Source of the DNA: Desulfatiglandales bacterium
Lineage (GTDB): Bacteria; Desulfobacterota; DSM-4660; Desulfatiglandales; HGW-15
DNA: 64,000 nucleotides
Assembly: GCA_963667015.2 (NCBI GenBank)
Contig: CAXXJJ010000004.1
Coordinates: 640,001 to 704,000 of the forward strand
Reading direction: 5' to 3'
A model generated the notes under the pieces. It saw nothing but the letters and a program-made list of their open reading frames with translations. It did not search any database and had not been told where the DNA came from. Both the position numbers and the translations under genes were made by a program. Shown piece by piece: positions 39,754-49,502 of the stretch. The stretch's first letter is position 1, and each line of letters begins with the position of its first letter.

Positions 39754-40578
39754 ATGTCTCTCATTCAAGTCGAAAATGCCGCATTCAGTTATGGAAAAGA
39801 AAATGTCTTCCGGAACATCAGTTTTTCTGTCACAAAGGGAGAAATTTTCTGTCTGCTGGGTCCAAACGGGTCCGGAAAGACTACACTGCTCGACTGTGTA
39901 CTGGGTACAAACAAACTGAAAAGCGGAAATATCAAAATAAATGGGGAAAACATAAAATCATATAATCCCCGCAAACTCGCACAGCAGATTTCGTATGTGC
40001 CGCAAAGGCATGAATGCGCTTTTCCATACAGGGTAATTGATGTAACCATGATGGGAAGGGCCCCCTATACAGGCATTTTTTCCGCACCTTCAACAAATGA
40101 CAGGGAAATCGCAACAAAGGCCCTTAAGCTGACAGGCATGTATCACCTGAGGAGAAGGCCATATACCCAGTTGAGCGGAGGAGAACTGCAGCTCGTCATG
40201 ATAGCCAGGGCACTTGCGCAGAATACATCATTGATTGTGATGGATGAACCCACTGCGCACCTGGATTTCAGGCATGAGCTTGTTGTTCTTGAAACGGTCA
40301 TGAATCTTGTGAAGGAAAAAGAGATATCCGTTTTAATGGCAACACATTTTCCTAATCATGCATTCTATTTTGAGGACAATAACCTGAATATTAATATTGC
40401 ATTACTCAAAGATGGTCAGTTCACTGCAAAGGGCGCACCTGGGGAGATATTAAATGAGGAAAGAATCGAGGAGCTTTATGGAGTTAAATCGAGCCTTTTC
40501 TCATACAGAGATAACACTGAAAATGAGCGGAGACGTATAATTCCCCTTAGAACAGTGAGGAATCAAATTGAAGAATAA
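39754..40578 (+). CDS. FecE/BtuD-family ABC ATPase
   Basis: GPNGSGKTT, LSGGELQ, MDEPTAHLD. Confidence 0.92.
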   Translation: MSLIQVENAAFSYGKENVFRNISFSVTKGEIFCLLGPNGSGKTTLLDCVLGTNKLKSGNIKINGENIKSYNPRKLAQQISYVPQRHECAFPYRVIDVTMMGRAPYTGIFSAPSTNDREIATKALKLTGMYHLRRRPYTQLSGGELQLVMIARALAQNTSLIVMDEPTAHLDFRHELVVLETVMNLVKEKEISVLMATHFPNHAFYFEDNNLNINIALLKDGQFTAKGAPGEILNEERIEELYGVKSSLFSYRDNTENERRRIIPLRTVRNQIEE

Positions 40579-41704
40579 TATTTCTATAAAGTCTGTATTA
40601 TTGTTATCCCTGATAGTTACACTGCTTTTACCAGGATTAACAGCAGTTGCAAAGGATGATGACAAACAGGATACAAAAGAAGGCTATATAACCATAACAG
40701 ACTGCCTTGACAGAAAAGTTATGGTCCCTGAAAAGGTAGAGCGAATAGCCTGCCTGTATCTCTTTGCAGGGCATGTTGTTACGATGCTGGGCAGAGGTGA
40801 TGATATAGTGGCAGTATCAAACGGTCTTAAACGTGTTTCCCTGCTGCTTGATATATGCCCATCAATTAAAAATGCCATGGTCCCTAAATCCCAGGGTGCC
40901 CTGAACATGGAAGAACTGCTTAAAGCTGCTCCTGATGTGCTTTTTACTGCAGGTGAGATGTCCGGTAACAGGGGTGAATTGGAAAAGCTGGAACGATTCG
41001 GAATCCCGACTATAATAATCGATTATTCAGACATGGAGAGCCAGCAGAGGGCTATTACCATAATCGGAAAGGCAATTGGCAGAGAAAAAAGGGCTGCAGA
41101 GTACAACAATTATTTCAGAAAAATCATTACACAGGTAAAGTCTCAGACAGACGGCCTGCCGGAAGATGAAAGACTTAGAATTTATTACTCAGAGAATGAA
41201 GCAACCAGAACAACTCTTGATAATGACCTTTCAACAGACTGGCTTAAGATAACCGGCGCAATAAATGTTGCACGCAAAGCCTCGGACAACGTACTGGAAG
41301 GAAAAAACTTTGCAGGCATTGAACAGATACTCCTCTGGAACCCGGAAGCGATACTGGCAAATGAACCTGAAGCACAGAGCTTAATGACGACAGATAAAAA
41401 ATGGGCAGCCATTGATGCTGTAAAAAATAAAAGGGTATACCAGATGCCCATAGCAATATCACGCTGGGGGCATCCAGGCTCCATTGAAACACCACTGGCA
41501 ATAATGTGGACAGCTAAAACACTTTACCCTGCCCTGTTTAAGGACATTGATATGAAAAGGGAAACAAAAAAATATTATAAGACCTTTTTTAATTATGAAC
41601 TTACACATGAAAAGATAAAAACAATCCTGGAAGGTGAATTAATGAGAAAGCCGAAGCATGGGGAAAAGGGAAAAAGACAGAAGTCAGAGGTCAGAAATCA
41701 GTAG
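40568..41704 (+). CDS. Type III (FecB/BtuF-like) periplasmic binding protein
   Basis: Signal peptide, ITDCLDRKV.VP..VERI, NMEELL..PD, EQILLWNPE, AVKNKRVY. Confidence 0.88.
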   Translation: MKNNISIKSVLLLSLIVTLLLPGLTAVAKDDDKQDTKEGYITITDCLDRKVMVPEKVERIACLYLFAGHVVTMLGRGDDIVAVSNGLKRVSLLLDICPSIKNAMVPKSQGALNMEELLKAAPDVLFTAGEMSGNRGELEKLERFGIPTIIIDYSDMESQQRAITIIGKAIGREKRAAEYNNYFRKIITQVKSQTDGLPEDERLRIYYSENEATRTTLDNDLSTDWLKITGAINVARKASDNVLEGKNFAGIEQILLWNPEAILANEPEAQSLMTTDKKWAAIDAVKNKRVYQMPIAISRWGHPGSIETPLAIMWTAKTLYPALFKDIDMKRETKKYYKTFFNYELTHEKIKTILEGELMRKPKHGEKGKRQKSEVRNQ

Positions 41705-41829
41705 GCAGAAAAGAGTAAATTATAAAAGAAGACTGTAGGGGCACGGCGTGCCGTTCCAACATGGTCCACGACCGTAGTTATAAAACAGAACATGGCATAT
41801 AATTTAAAAAACAGCAAAGGAACAATATT

Positions 41830-42576
41830 TTGAGAATTTTAATAGCAATAGACGACACTGATAACCTTGAAACACCCGGGACAGGCCATCTCGCCTCAGC
41901 CCTTTCAGATCTGCTGGAAGAAAAGGGACTGGGCAAAGGAAGCCCTGTCACCCGTCATCAGCTCTATGTTCACCCTGACATACCATATACATCACATAAC
42001 AGCTCCATGTGCTTTGAGGCGGAAATAAATAAAGAAAATTTAGATTACGTTACAGATTTATGTAAGAACTTTCTGTTAAAGGAAAGCGCGCCTGGTTCGG
42101 ATCCGGGTCTCTGTGTTGTGGATATTGATTCGCTTGGCGCAAAGGATATTCTTATAGAGTATGGCAGAAAGGCCAAAAATACAGTTCTTAATAAAAAAAT
42201 AGCCTATGACCTTGCTTCATCCCTTAACATTCACCTTTCAGAACATGGCGGAACCGGAGACGGTATAATCGGTGCCCTGGCAGGAACAGGGTTGAGATTG
42301 TCAGGAAATGACGGCCGCCTTAAAGGGCATTTTTTGATCGGCGATGTCAATTCAACACTGCCGGTTAAAGAGGTCCTGAAAAAAACAGGAGCCGATATTG
42401 TCAGGACCGAAGAGGGTTATACCCTGAAGGATGACGATATAGTAAGGATCGGGAAAAAGGTAAAGGCGGTTTACCTTGATCATAGATCAGTCGTGCTGGT
42501 TTTCCCTGTTGAAGACAATGGAAATGAATGCAGGATTTGGGAGACCTGTTCAAAGGAACAGCTGAAGAAATATTAG
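41830..42576 (+). CDS. Conserved hypothetical protein with TiaS/DUF1743-like IDDTD N-terminal domain
   Basis: IAIDDTD..GTG, RHQL..HPDIPYTSHNSSMC, SDPGLC, GTGDGIIGALAG. Confidence 0.65.
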   Translation: MRILIAIDDTDNLETPGTGHLASALSDLLEEKGLGKGSPVTRHQLYVHPDIPYTSHNSSMCFEAEINKENLDYVTDLCKNFLLKESAPGSDPGLCVVDIDSLGAKDILIEYGRKAKNTVLNKKIAYDLASSLNIHLSEHGGTGDGIIGALAGTGLRLSGNDGRLKGHFLIGDVNSTLPVKEVLKKTGADIVRTEEGYTLKDDDIVRIGKKVKAVYLDHRSVVLVFPVEDNGNECRIWETCSKEQLKKY

Positions 42577-45316
42577 TTTCAATCCACGCCCCCGCATGGG
42601 AGGCGACAGGGTACACATTCCGATTAAATAAGGCTGATTTTGTTTCAATCCACGCCCCCGCATGGGAGGCGACTCATCGGTTTTATCCTGGACACAATCA
42701 ACTCAAAGTTTCAATCCACGCCCCCGCATGGGAGGCGACGATACAAGGGCATAGCACAAAGAGCATGGCGCAGAGTTTCAATCCACGCCCCCGCATGGGA
42801 GGCGACAATATCACAGCTAGCTGTTGAGCAGTGCGCCTGTGTTTCAATCCACGCCCCCGCATGGGAGGCGACTATCCGCTATAACGGTACAGGCAGGGCT
42901 TACGCGGGTTTCAATCCACGCCCCCGCATGGGAGGCGACTTATTAACCTTTTAAAATGGAGTGAATGAAATGGGTTTCAATCCACGCCCCCGCATGGGAG
43001 GCGACGCGGTGCGCTATAAACCATGGAGATTTTCATCATGTTTCAATCCACGCCCCCGCATGGGAGGCGACTCACTATGTATATTGTGACCGCTTTAATA
43101 TTTTTGTTTCAATCCACGCCCCCGCATGGGAGGCGACTTCTTCGCATGATAAAGCATCGCCTTAAGGAGACGTTTCAATCCACGCCCCCGCATGGGAGGC
43201 GACATCGGCGAAGTGTTACTGCGTCGAACGGAAGCCAGTTTCAATCCACGCCCCCGCATGGGAGGCGACGTCTTAACTCTTTCATCCGATACCATTATTA
43301 TTTGTTTCAATCCACGCCCCCGCATGGGAGGCGACTCTATCAGGGGTATTTGAATGAGTCAGTATATCAGTTTCAATCCACGCCCCCGCATGGGAGGCGA
43401 CCATATCTAAGTGCTCATTAACTTGATTTAAACTTGTTTCAATCCACGCCCCCGCATGGGAGGCGACTTGGTAAAAGGGCACTGGATGAAATTGTTATTG
43501 ATGTTTCAATCCACGCCCCCGCATGGGAGGCGACATAATAAGGTTTATAAATTAAATGCTTCAGAAATGTTTCAATCCACGCCCCCGCATGGGAGGCGAC
43601 AAAAATCCTCTATAAAAGATATATTCATTGTTATGTTTCAATCCACGCCCCCGCATGGGAGGCGACTTTTATTTATTGATGCAGCAAGCTCCTTGATAGG
43701 TTTCAATCCACGCCCCCGCATGGGAGGCGACTATAATCATCTATTGATAATGGTTTATCAGGACTGTTTCAATCCACGCCCCCGCATGGGAGGCGACCCA
43801 TTCCTTACATCAAGAACAATTGAGGCAATGGGTTTCAATCCACGCCCCCGCATGGGAGGCGACTGGTTACTTTGAAGGACAAACACCTGATAAGGATGTT
43901 TCAATCCACGCCCCCGCATGGGAGGCGACAAAGAAAGACGTGGTACAATTAAAGAATGTATATGTTTCAATCCACGCCCCCGCATGGGAGGCGACCTTTA
44001 AAACCTAATCAAGAAGAGCGTATAGTGTGTTTCAATCCACGCCCCCGCATGGGAGGCGACTAATAAGAAAAAGAAATTTATAATAAGTGATAAGTTTCAA
44101 TCCACGCCCCCGCATGGGAGGCGACAATAATGGATTGGTATTCACATATAGGACGATTTGTTTCAATCCACGCCCCCGCATGGGAGGCGACTAAATAACG
44201 GAGCAGCTGTTTCTCTTGCTATAATGTTTCAATCCACGCCCCCGCATGGGAGGCGACCCCCATTGATAAGCATATTCAATCCATCTGGCATGTTTCAATC
44301 CACGCCCCCGCATGGGAGGCGACAGTGGAGATTTATGGAACACTCTGTATGGAGTGTGTTTCAATCCACGCCCCCGCATGGGAGGCGACCAAGGTTTGGA
44401 TTTGGGGTAATGGCGAAAGATATGTTTCAATCCACGCCCCCGCATGGGAGGCGACCGGATGTAACTCAATCTGATTTTAAAACTGTTACCGTTTCAATCC
44501 ACGCCCCCGCATGGGAGGCGACCGGAAATACTGCAACATTATATGTGAGTGATCATGTTTCAATCCACGCCCCCGCATGGGAGGCGACAAGTACACCATC
44601 GATTTAAAAAAGATCATTTAATGTTTCAATCCACGCCCCCGCATGGGAGGCGACATACGCCTCAAGAAAAAGGAAATGGAGCAGTTAAGTTTCAATCCAC
44701 GCCCCCGCATGGGAGGCGACAGGGCGCAGATATTAAACATGTCAAACATGCTATGTTTCAATCCACGCCCCCGCATGGGAGGCGACGGGTTCATAATAAC
44801 TCAGGATTAACATAGTATCCCGTTTCAATCCACGCCCCCGCATGGGAGGCGACCAGAGCCACAATGAGAGCTATATCTGAGGGTCATGTTTCAATCCACG
44901 CCCCCGCATGGGAGGCGACTCCGGAGTTACACCATAAACTGAATATGCAATCATGTTTCAATCCACGCCCCCGCATGGGAGGCGACAAATGGTATGGAGT
45001 ATGGAAATGACATGTCTAAGGTTTCAATCCACGCCCCCGCATGGGAGGCGACCCAGGAAATCGTTAAATATTGAACCACTTACCAGGTTTCAATCCACGC
45101 CCCCGCATGGGAGGCGACGCAGGAAATAAAGAAGGAAAAGCCTGTTAAAGTTGTTTCAATCCACGCCCCCGCATGGGAGGCGACTGGGTCATTATCCGGT
45201 GCAGGGTCATGGGATGATGTTTCAATCCACGCCCCCGCATGGGAGGCGACATACAAAACACATCTAAAGGATATGAGCTGAAGAGTTTCAATCCACGCCC
45301 CCGCATGGGAGGCGAC
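42576..45316 (-). CRISPR. Type I-C CRISPR array, 42 identical 32-bp repeats and 41 spacers of 33-35 nt
   Basis: Plus-strand repeat GTTTCAATCCACGCCCCCGCATGGGAGGCGAC, counted manually. Transcribed sense GTCGCCTCCCATGCGGGGGCGTGGATTGAAAC ends in ATTGAAAC, with the leader on the cas2 side. Confidence 0.98.
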
Positions 45317-45542
45317 TATAAGGCTACAACTAATTAAAATTATTCTTATTAAAATGCTCTTTCCGCGAACCAGTTATTTATTTACATAATACTATTCAAT
45401 TTTCAAAGAGCAATTGAGTATCTTACTGATATCTTATATATTTTTTCTTTGCGAACGCTTCTTCAGAAAAATCTTCAAAACCCTCTTCAGCCACTGCATT
45501 GCATCAATTTAAACAATTCAAGCTACAGGTTCGCGGACTGTT
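45317..45542 (-). promoter_or_regulatory. CRISPR leader
   Basis: AT-rich region between cas2 and the first repeat, with recurring GCGAAC/GTTCGC motifs near 45365, 45451 and 45529. Confidence 0.75.
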
Positions 45543-45833
45543 TCATACAATCATAGGTTCATCAGGATCATAGGACTTTTTCATACCTACCTGTTCAACC
45601 CTCTTTCTCCAGTTTGCCCCTAAAAAATAAAATCTCAGGCTGTCTGTTTCCGGATCAATCTTATCAATCAGTTTCTGTTTTAAGGACGTCCACTGTGCCG
45701 GATCAACCTGACACTCGAATACGGAAAACTGAACCCTCTGTCCATAATCCTTGCATGTTTTTGCCACCCGCCTTAATCTACGCTGTCCTTCAGGCTCTGT
45801 TGTCGCCACATCATAACAAACTACTACAAGCAT
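45543..45833 (-). CDS. cas2: CRISPR-associated Cas2
   Basis: MLVVVCYDV...RRLRRVAKTC..YGQRVQFSVFEC...DSLRFY. Confidence 0.95.
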   Translation of the reverse strand: MLVVVCYDVATTEPEGQRRLRRVAKTCKDYGQRVQFSVFECQVDPAQWTSLKQKLIDKIDPETDSLRFYFLGANWRKRVEQVGMKKSYDPDEPMIV

Positions 45834-45834
45834 T

Positions 45835-46866
45835 TTACCTCCAGATAAATGGAGGATACCCGTCAATATCCCCGCGTAAGTACCTTGCCATCAGCAATGC
45901 CTGGGTATAAAACAGTGTACCGATGGTTACCTTTTCATCTAAATAAGGATGGTGAATAGATTCCTGCTTTCTTTTCTGGTAGGTGGTAAGCAGTATTTTT
46001 CTTGTTTCATCATCCATCAGCACTGCACCGGATTCCATTATGGTAAAACCTTCGGCTTTCACCTGGTTAAGGTTTATCAGCGATAGGGTCAGTCGGTCTG
46101 CTAAAAATGGCCTGAACTCTTCCATCATATCAAGTGCAAGACCTGGCCTTCCGGGCCTGTCCCGATGTAAAAAACCCACTACAGGATCAAGCCCGGTTGT
46201 TTCCAGAGCTGACCTTACATCATGCATAACAATAGTATAAAGGAACGAAAGAAGACAGTTGACACGATCAAGCGGTGGTCTTCTGTTTCTTTCCTTAAAA
46301 TAAAAACTATCTTTTCGGGAAACTATTAAATGGTCAAAGGCGTTAAAATATGCCCTTGCTGCATCTCCTTCAATACCCCTTAAGGTATCAAGGGGAATGT
46401 CATCCTGGATCTGATCCAGTGAATATCCAAGTTTTTCCGCGGTCTTTTTAACTGCCTCGGCATCTATTTTGTCGGCATGGTCCCTTAAGGCCCTTTTTAA
46501 TACTGTCCGGCAATTGGCAATTTTTCCGGTCAATATTGATTTTACAATATAAGCGGTTGCATCAGGATCATCAGCCCTTCTATATTGCTCTCTCCTTAAT
46601 AATACATTCCCCGAAACCGGCCCCTGTACCCTGGCAAGAAACCTGCCATTCTCGGTCATAAAACTCACAGTCACATCTTTTTCCGCACAAAATCCCAGTA
46701 AAAAAGGGCTGCACATTACATTTCCAAAACAGATTATTCCGCCTATTGTATGGATCGGCAGCCTGAGTCTGTTTTCTTTTTCTACACTTACAACTACTGT
46801 TTCGCCCTCTTTAAAAAGATATGCCCCCTGCGTTGTAACAAACAGCGTATTCAGATGTTTTTTCAT
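45835..46866 (-). CDS. cas1: Type I-C Cas1
   Basis: MKKHLNTLFVTTQGAYL, LRGIEG.AA..YF, RNRRPP.D.VN, GFLH, ALDMMEEFRP. Confidence 0.96.
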   Translation of the reverse strand: MKKHLNTLFVTTQGAYLFKEGETVVVSVEKENRLRLPIHTIGGIICFGNVMCSPFLLGFCAEKDVTVSFMTENGRFLARVQGPVSGNVLLRREQYRRADDPDATAYIVKSILTGKIANCRTVLKRALRDHADKIDAEAVKKTAEKLGYSLDQIQDDIPLDTLRGIEGDAARAYFNAFDHLIVSRKDSFYFKERNRRPPLDRVNCLLSFLYTIVMHDVRSALETTGLDPVVGFLHRDRPGRPGLALDMMEEFRPFLADRLTLSLINLNQVKAEGFTIMESGAVLMDDETRKILLTTYQKRKQESIHHPYLDEKVTIGTLFYTQALLMARYLRGDIDGYPPFIWR

Positions 46867-46868
46867 TT

Positions 46869-47534
46869 TTAGTACACCGTTTCCTTTAAATAATTTTTTA
46901 CCTTTCTGGCACTGTCCATAGTCTTTGGCAGACAAAGTTCGTACATGGAACAGTTGTCACATTTTTTGATGTATACAGCCTTAGGTGTTATTCCGCTTGC
47001 CACAAGTTCATGAAACTGTTTTGCTATATTCCGGGTAGCGGATCTTAATTCTTCATCAAAAGTTACATTCTGACGCCTTCGGGTTTTCCCGTAAAATATT
47101 GCGCCTTTACTTATTTCCACCTGAAGCATCTCTTCAAGGCACATTGCCTGGGCGCATAGCTGCACGTGATCCGAATTATCCTTTTTAGGCTTGCCATGCT
47201 TATACTCAACAGGAAAAGGTATCCACTCTGCGGATATGCCTTTTACAGCATTATCAATCCTGTGAAACTCAACAACATCCGCCTTGGCAATCAATCCCAG
47301 TTTTAATGAACGCAAAGGCAGTGCATATTCGTACCTTACATTCCCTCTTGACTCGCTTCCCCCTTCATGCACCTTATCGTGCATAATCCTTCCTTCGGCG
47401 GTCAGGCGGTTCTCGGCCCATGCCTGCTCTATGTGGATAAGCGCTGTCTGCCTTTTACAGAATATAAAGTGCTGCAATCCTGAAAGCGGCAGAAGATCAT
47501 CTTCGGAATATGCTATTTGCTCCGGTTGTTCCAT
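46869..47534 (-). CDS. cas4: Cas4 exonuclease
   Basis: LSGLQHFIFCKRQ, ADVVEF, PVEYKHG, QLCAQA.CLEEM, CDNCSMYELC. Confidence 0.95.
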   Translation of the reverse strand: MEQPEQIAYSEDDLLPLSGLQHFIFCKRQTALIHIEQAWAENRLTAEGRIMHDKVHEGGSESRGNVRYEYALPLRSLKLGLIAKADVVEFHRIDNAVKGISAEWIPFPVEYKHGKPKKDNSDHVQLCAQAMCLEEMLQVEISKGAIFYGKTRRRQNVTFDEELRSATRNIAKQFHELVASGITPKAVYIKKCDNCSMYELCLPKTMDSARKVKNYLKETVY

Positions 47535-48100
47535 TGTCTTGCCTTTGTCCTTGTGCGGTAAAGCCTTTCTGTAAAACCGCCTTCATTGATAAAATCCTTT
47601 TCAAGGGTCCTCAACTGCCGATTAAGCAGGTAGTTGGTCTGGTGGATCACACTGATGACATTGTTGGCGGCTACTTCAGGAGAGCATTCTTCAACATAGG
47701 GCTTATAAGTCTTATAAGACCTATTCATTTCATAGCACAACCCACGAACTTTTTTTGCCATAGGATGGTCTTTATCCCAGAGGGGTAAATCTTTCTGTCT
47801 TAGAAAGTCCTCGTAATCCAGGAGCAGTTCTTCAAGGCTTGCCCTTGCAACGTTAACAAGTTTTAGCTCTGTCTTTTTAGAAGTACCGCTTGCCATACAG
47901 CCTTCGGCAATGTTCTGTTTTCCGCTTCTTGCCGCCTGCACCATCTGATCATGGGTGCGGGAAAACTTTGAGATAAATCTGTCACAGAAGGCCACAGTGG
48001 CATCATAGACAATCTCGGACATCTGGTAGGATTTCAAATCACGGTATCCGCCATGGGCCGGGATGAGGCCCGGTGATTTAATGTCTTTTTGATCGGGCAT
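47513..48100 (-). CDS. Four-helix-bundle protein with suffix domain (23S rRNA IVP/Avd-like superfamily)
   Basis: HGGYRDLKSYQ, DQMVQAARSGKQNIAEG, VARASLEELLLDY, EGGFTERLY. 3' end overlaps the cas4 start. Confidence 0.85.
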   Translation of the reverse strand: MPDQKDIKSPGLIPAHGGYRDLKSYQMSEIVYDATVAFCDRFISKFSRTHDQMVQAARSGKQNIAEGCMASGTSKKTELKLVNVARASLEELLLDYEDFLRQKDLPLWDKDHPMAKKVRGLCYEMNRSYKTYKPYVEECSPEVAANNVISVIHQTNYLLNRQLRTLEKDFINEGGFTERLYRTRTKARQWNNRSK

Positions 48101-48218
48101 GTTTTCCTCTTTTGTATTAAAATACATGCTATTTGGGGAAAGCCATATTTCAGCTATTGTCTTTTAATTCAGCAGGTTACATTTTTAATAATTGCTATTT
48201 GGTGGAAATGCCAAGATT

Positions 48219-48368
48219 GATGGACTCGCAAAAAGTCGAATAATCGTTATAACCCAAAAAATCGAGTCTCCTATTTCCCTCAGAATCGACGATTACATGA
48301 TTAGACATGGGTTAAAGGCCATCAAAATAGTATTCTTTTTGCTGACGCTGACTTTTTGCGAGATCATC
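48219..48368. mobile_element. 150-bp non-autonomous MITE with 19-bp terminal inverted repeats and a 6-bp target-site duplication
   Basis: GATGGACTCGCAAAAAGTC and GACTTTTTGCGAGATCATC (17/19 complementary), flanked by AAGATT at 48213-48218 and 48369-48374. Confidence 0.8.
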
Positions 48369-48512
48369 AAGATTAGCATTTTCGCCAAATGATGTAATTT
48401 CAATAACTTACTTCATATCAGCCAAAATTCGTCTTGATTTCACAACTTTTAGTTCACCCAAATATCTTCCGGTTTATTTTGAATTTTTAACAAAATCCCT
48501 CCATAAATCCCC

Positions 48513-48563
48513 CGACATCTGACAGGATTGCAGATCCCTATACCCGCCGTGAGGCAGGATAAG
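48513..48563 (-). pseudogene. 5' remnant of another four-helix-bundle gene
   Basis: Translates LILPHGGYRDLQSCQMS versus LIPAHGGYRDLKSYQMS in 47513-48100. Confidence 0.75.
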
Positions 48564-48578
48564 TTTTGGGGGATAGCA

Positions 48579-49502
48579 TTACTTGTAAAGTTTTTGTAAC
48601 GCCTCACCCTCCAGGGGATAAAGTTCTTCTGGTTCAAGGCCTTTTAAACTTTCCTTCAGTTTATCGGAATCATATGTCCCGTCTTTATTCACGTCCAAAA
48701 GTTCACGTAAAGCCCTGTGAACTCGAGATGAGGAATATTGACCACTTGGACTATTGTGCTGCCACCAGATCACCTTCAAAACTTCCATGCTACCTTCAGG
48801 ACGAGCGGAAGAAACGTCATTGACGAATAGTGTCTGCAACGCCAATTTAATTTTCCCGGCATCATCATCCGAAAAGCCCGTCTTACCAGCCAACTGGGTA
48901 TTGATTGCGCCATAGGTTACGTAGATTCCTTTATCAACGCGGTGCTTCATCCCCATGGTGTCAGCCCCTTTTTTATCAGGATTTTTCTCGGTTTCGAGAT
49001 TAACGCTCTTGGTAATTTGCAAACTATCCGGTGTAATCGGCTCGATACTGAACGCGCTTTGAATGGTTACTGGACCGCGAATTCCAATCGACACCGCATC
49101 TGAATCCTCATCTTTATTCCCTTTGAATGCAAAAACTTGTCCGAATGCCCGCACGTCAAACCACTCCTTGGGGGCATTGTTTCTTTCATCAACTGATTCG
49201 ATTTCATTATCCTCGACTTCCTTTTTCCACCTATCCAAAGCGGCTTTGAATCGGTCATTAAGTGAACGAAATTCATCCCCTGGAGCCCGATTATCGTCCG
49301 ACTGAACAAAAATGGATTCACCCATATCCTGCAGCCGATTGCGGATTTTACGTTTGAGACAAACATCCGAAATTTCGCCGTGGCCATCGTAAGTTTGGCG
49401 TGGGCGGTTTCCATTCAGCGGATCTCCGTTCGGATTCGCCCGGTTCACGGAAATAATTACCGCGAAATCAATCTTGTTATTGAGTACCTTACTGTCCGTC
49501 AT
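48579..49502 (-). CDS. cas7: Type I-C Cas7 (Csd2)
   Basis: ANPNGDPLNGNRPR, SDVCLKRKIRN, DVRAFGQV, DTMGMKH, SSARPEGSM. Confidence 0.95.
   Translation of the reverse strand: MTDSKVLNNKIDFAVIISVNRANPNGDPLNGNRPRQTYDGHGEISDVCLKRKIRNRLQDMGESIFVQSDDNRAPGDEFRSLNDRFKAALDRWKKEVEDNEIESVDERNNAPKEWFDVRAFGQVFAFKGNKDEDSDAVSIGIRGPVTIQSAFSIEPITPDSLQITKSVNLETEKNPDKKGADTMGMKHRVDKGIYVTYGAINTQLAGKTGFSDDDAGKIKLALQTLFVNDVSSARPEGSMEVLKVIWWQHNSPSGQYSSSRVHRALRELLDVNKDGTYDSDKLKESLKGLEPEELYPLEGEALQKLYK

Noticed and set aside
42401..44815. Many ORFs with FQSTPPHGRR / VSIHAPAWEAT / SPPMRGRGLK repeats
   Set aside because: These are translations of the CRISPR repeat.
42608..45284. Self-targeting or duplicated spacers
   Set aside because: None noticed by eye within this window. 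This is not a rigorous search, and the rest of the genome is unseen.
48128..48578. CreTA-like or mini-array RNA inside the cas operon (also checked 54560-54885)
   Set aside because: Only short TTCAAT matches; no recognisable degenerate repeat-spacer-repeat.
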